Origin: Enterococcus phage VRE9_2
Direction: 5' to 3' (one strand)
DNA: 64,000 nucleotides
Sequence record: PP680568.1
Part shown: positions 63,880-64,000 of the stretch, piece after piece
How positions within the stretch are numbered: position 1 is the stretch's first letter
Layout: every line of letters starts with the position of its first letter
Made by a program: the position numbers and the translations under genes
Notes under the pieces: model-generated
What the model was told of the DNA's origin: nothing
Databases searched by the model: none
The model's input: only the letters and a program-made list of their open reading frames with translations

Positions 63880-64000
63880 AATTTCAAATTTTCTATTTTT
63901 ATATTCTTCTTTGAAATCTTGGATAGCTTGCTCATAAGTATCAGCTTCAACTAAAATTTCTTCAATTTTAGGATAACCACTATCCAAACTAATTTCATCT
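63880..64000 (-). CDS. C-terminal fragment of a minus-strand gene continuing beyond the window
   Basis: open minus-strand frame to window end. Confidence 0.3.

Overview
This 64 kb window is AT-rich (roughly 32-35% GC), densely packed with short genes, and lacks rRNA, CRISPR and integrase. It looks like part of a large virulent phage of a low-GC Gram-positive host, not a bacterial chromosome.

Gene organisation:
- 1 to 18.8 kb is a minus-strand block.
- 19.2 to 56 kb is a plus-strand block.
- 56.6 to 64 kb is a minus-strand block.
- Divergent promoters sit at 18.8-19.3 kb.

Recognisable content:
- Aerobic class I ribonucleotide reductase operon nrdH-nrdI-nrdF, a free-standing HNH endonuclease, and nrdE.
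- Anaerobic RNR nrdD, interrupted near its 3' end by a group I intron (P/Q/R/S core elements readable) carrying a GIY-YIG homing endonuclease. Splicing restores the RVCGY glycyl-radical motif. nrdG follows.
- Thioredoxin reductase, two calcineurin-like phosphoesterases, RNase H, a minimal nucleotidyltransferase, thymidylate synthase, DHFR and FolD.
- A PTH2-like peptidyl-tRNA hydrolase and an amidase_2 endolysin.
- A LysM secreted protein, an HAD phosphatase, and two DEDD 3'-5' exonuclease paralogs.
- About 20 tRNA genes plus several degenerate tRNA-like elements at 35.4-39.1, 41.4-41.9 and 43.5-44.8 kb.
- A Ro60/Rsr-like protein (TROVE + vWA domains) preceded by an anticodon-armless tRNA-like element, a candidate Y-RNA.

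Unexplained structure:
- Two paralogous ~350 bp noncoding modules carrying GC hairpins, AAAATAACA/TGTTATTTT 9-mer arrays and TTTCACAAAC repeats flank an exonuclease/HAD cassette. These are candidate sRNA genes or a replication origin.
- An array of early-type promoters whose TTGACA -35 box lies inside a palindrome.
- A conserved promoter-leader TGnTATAATTAATTATAAAGTTAAATAAGGAG repeated about 18 times.
- Two previously unnamed paralogous protein families: three large Cys/acidic proteins sharing a W-x-SC core, and six small proteins ending in a TPxxL...KKYKVK tail.
- A perfect 111 bp in-frame tandem duplication.
- A GC-richer island at 54-56.1 kb with direct repeats.
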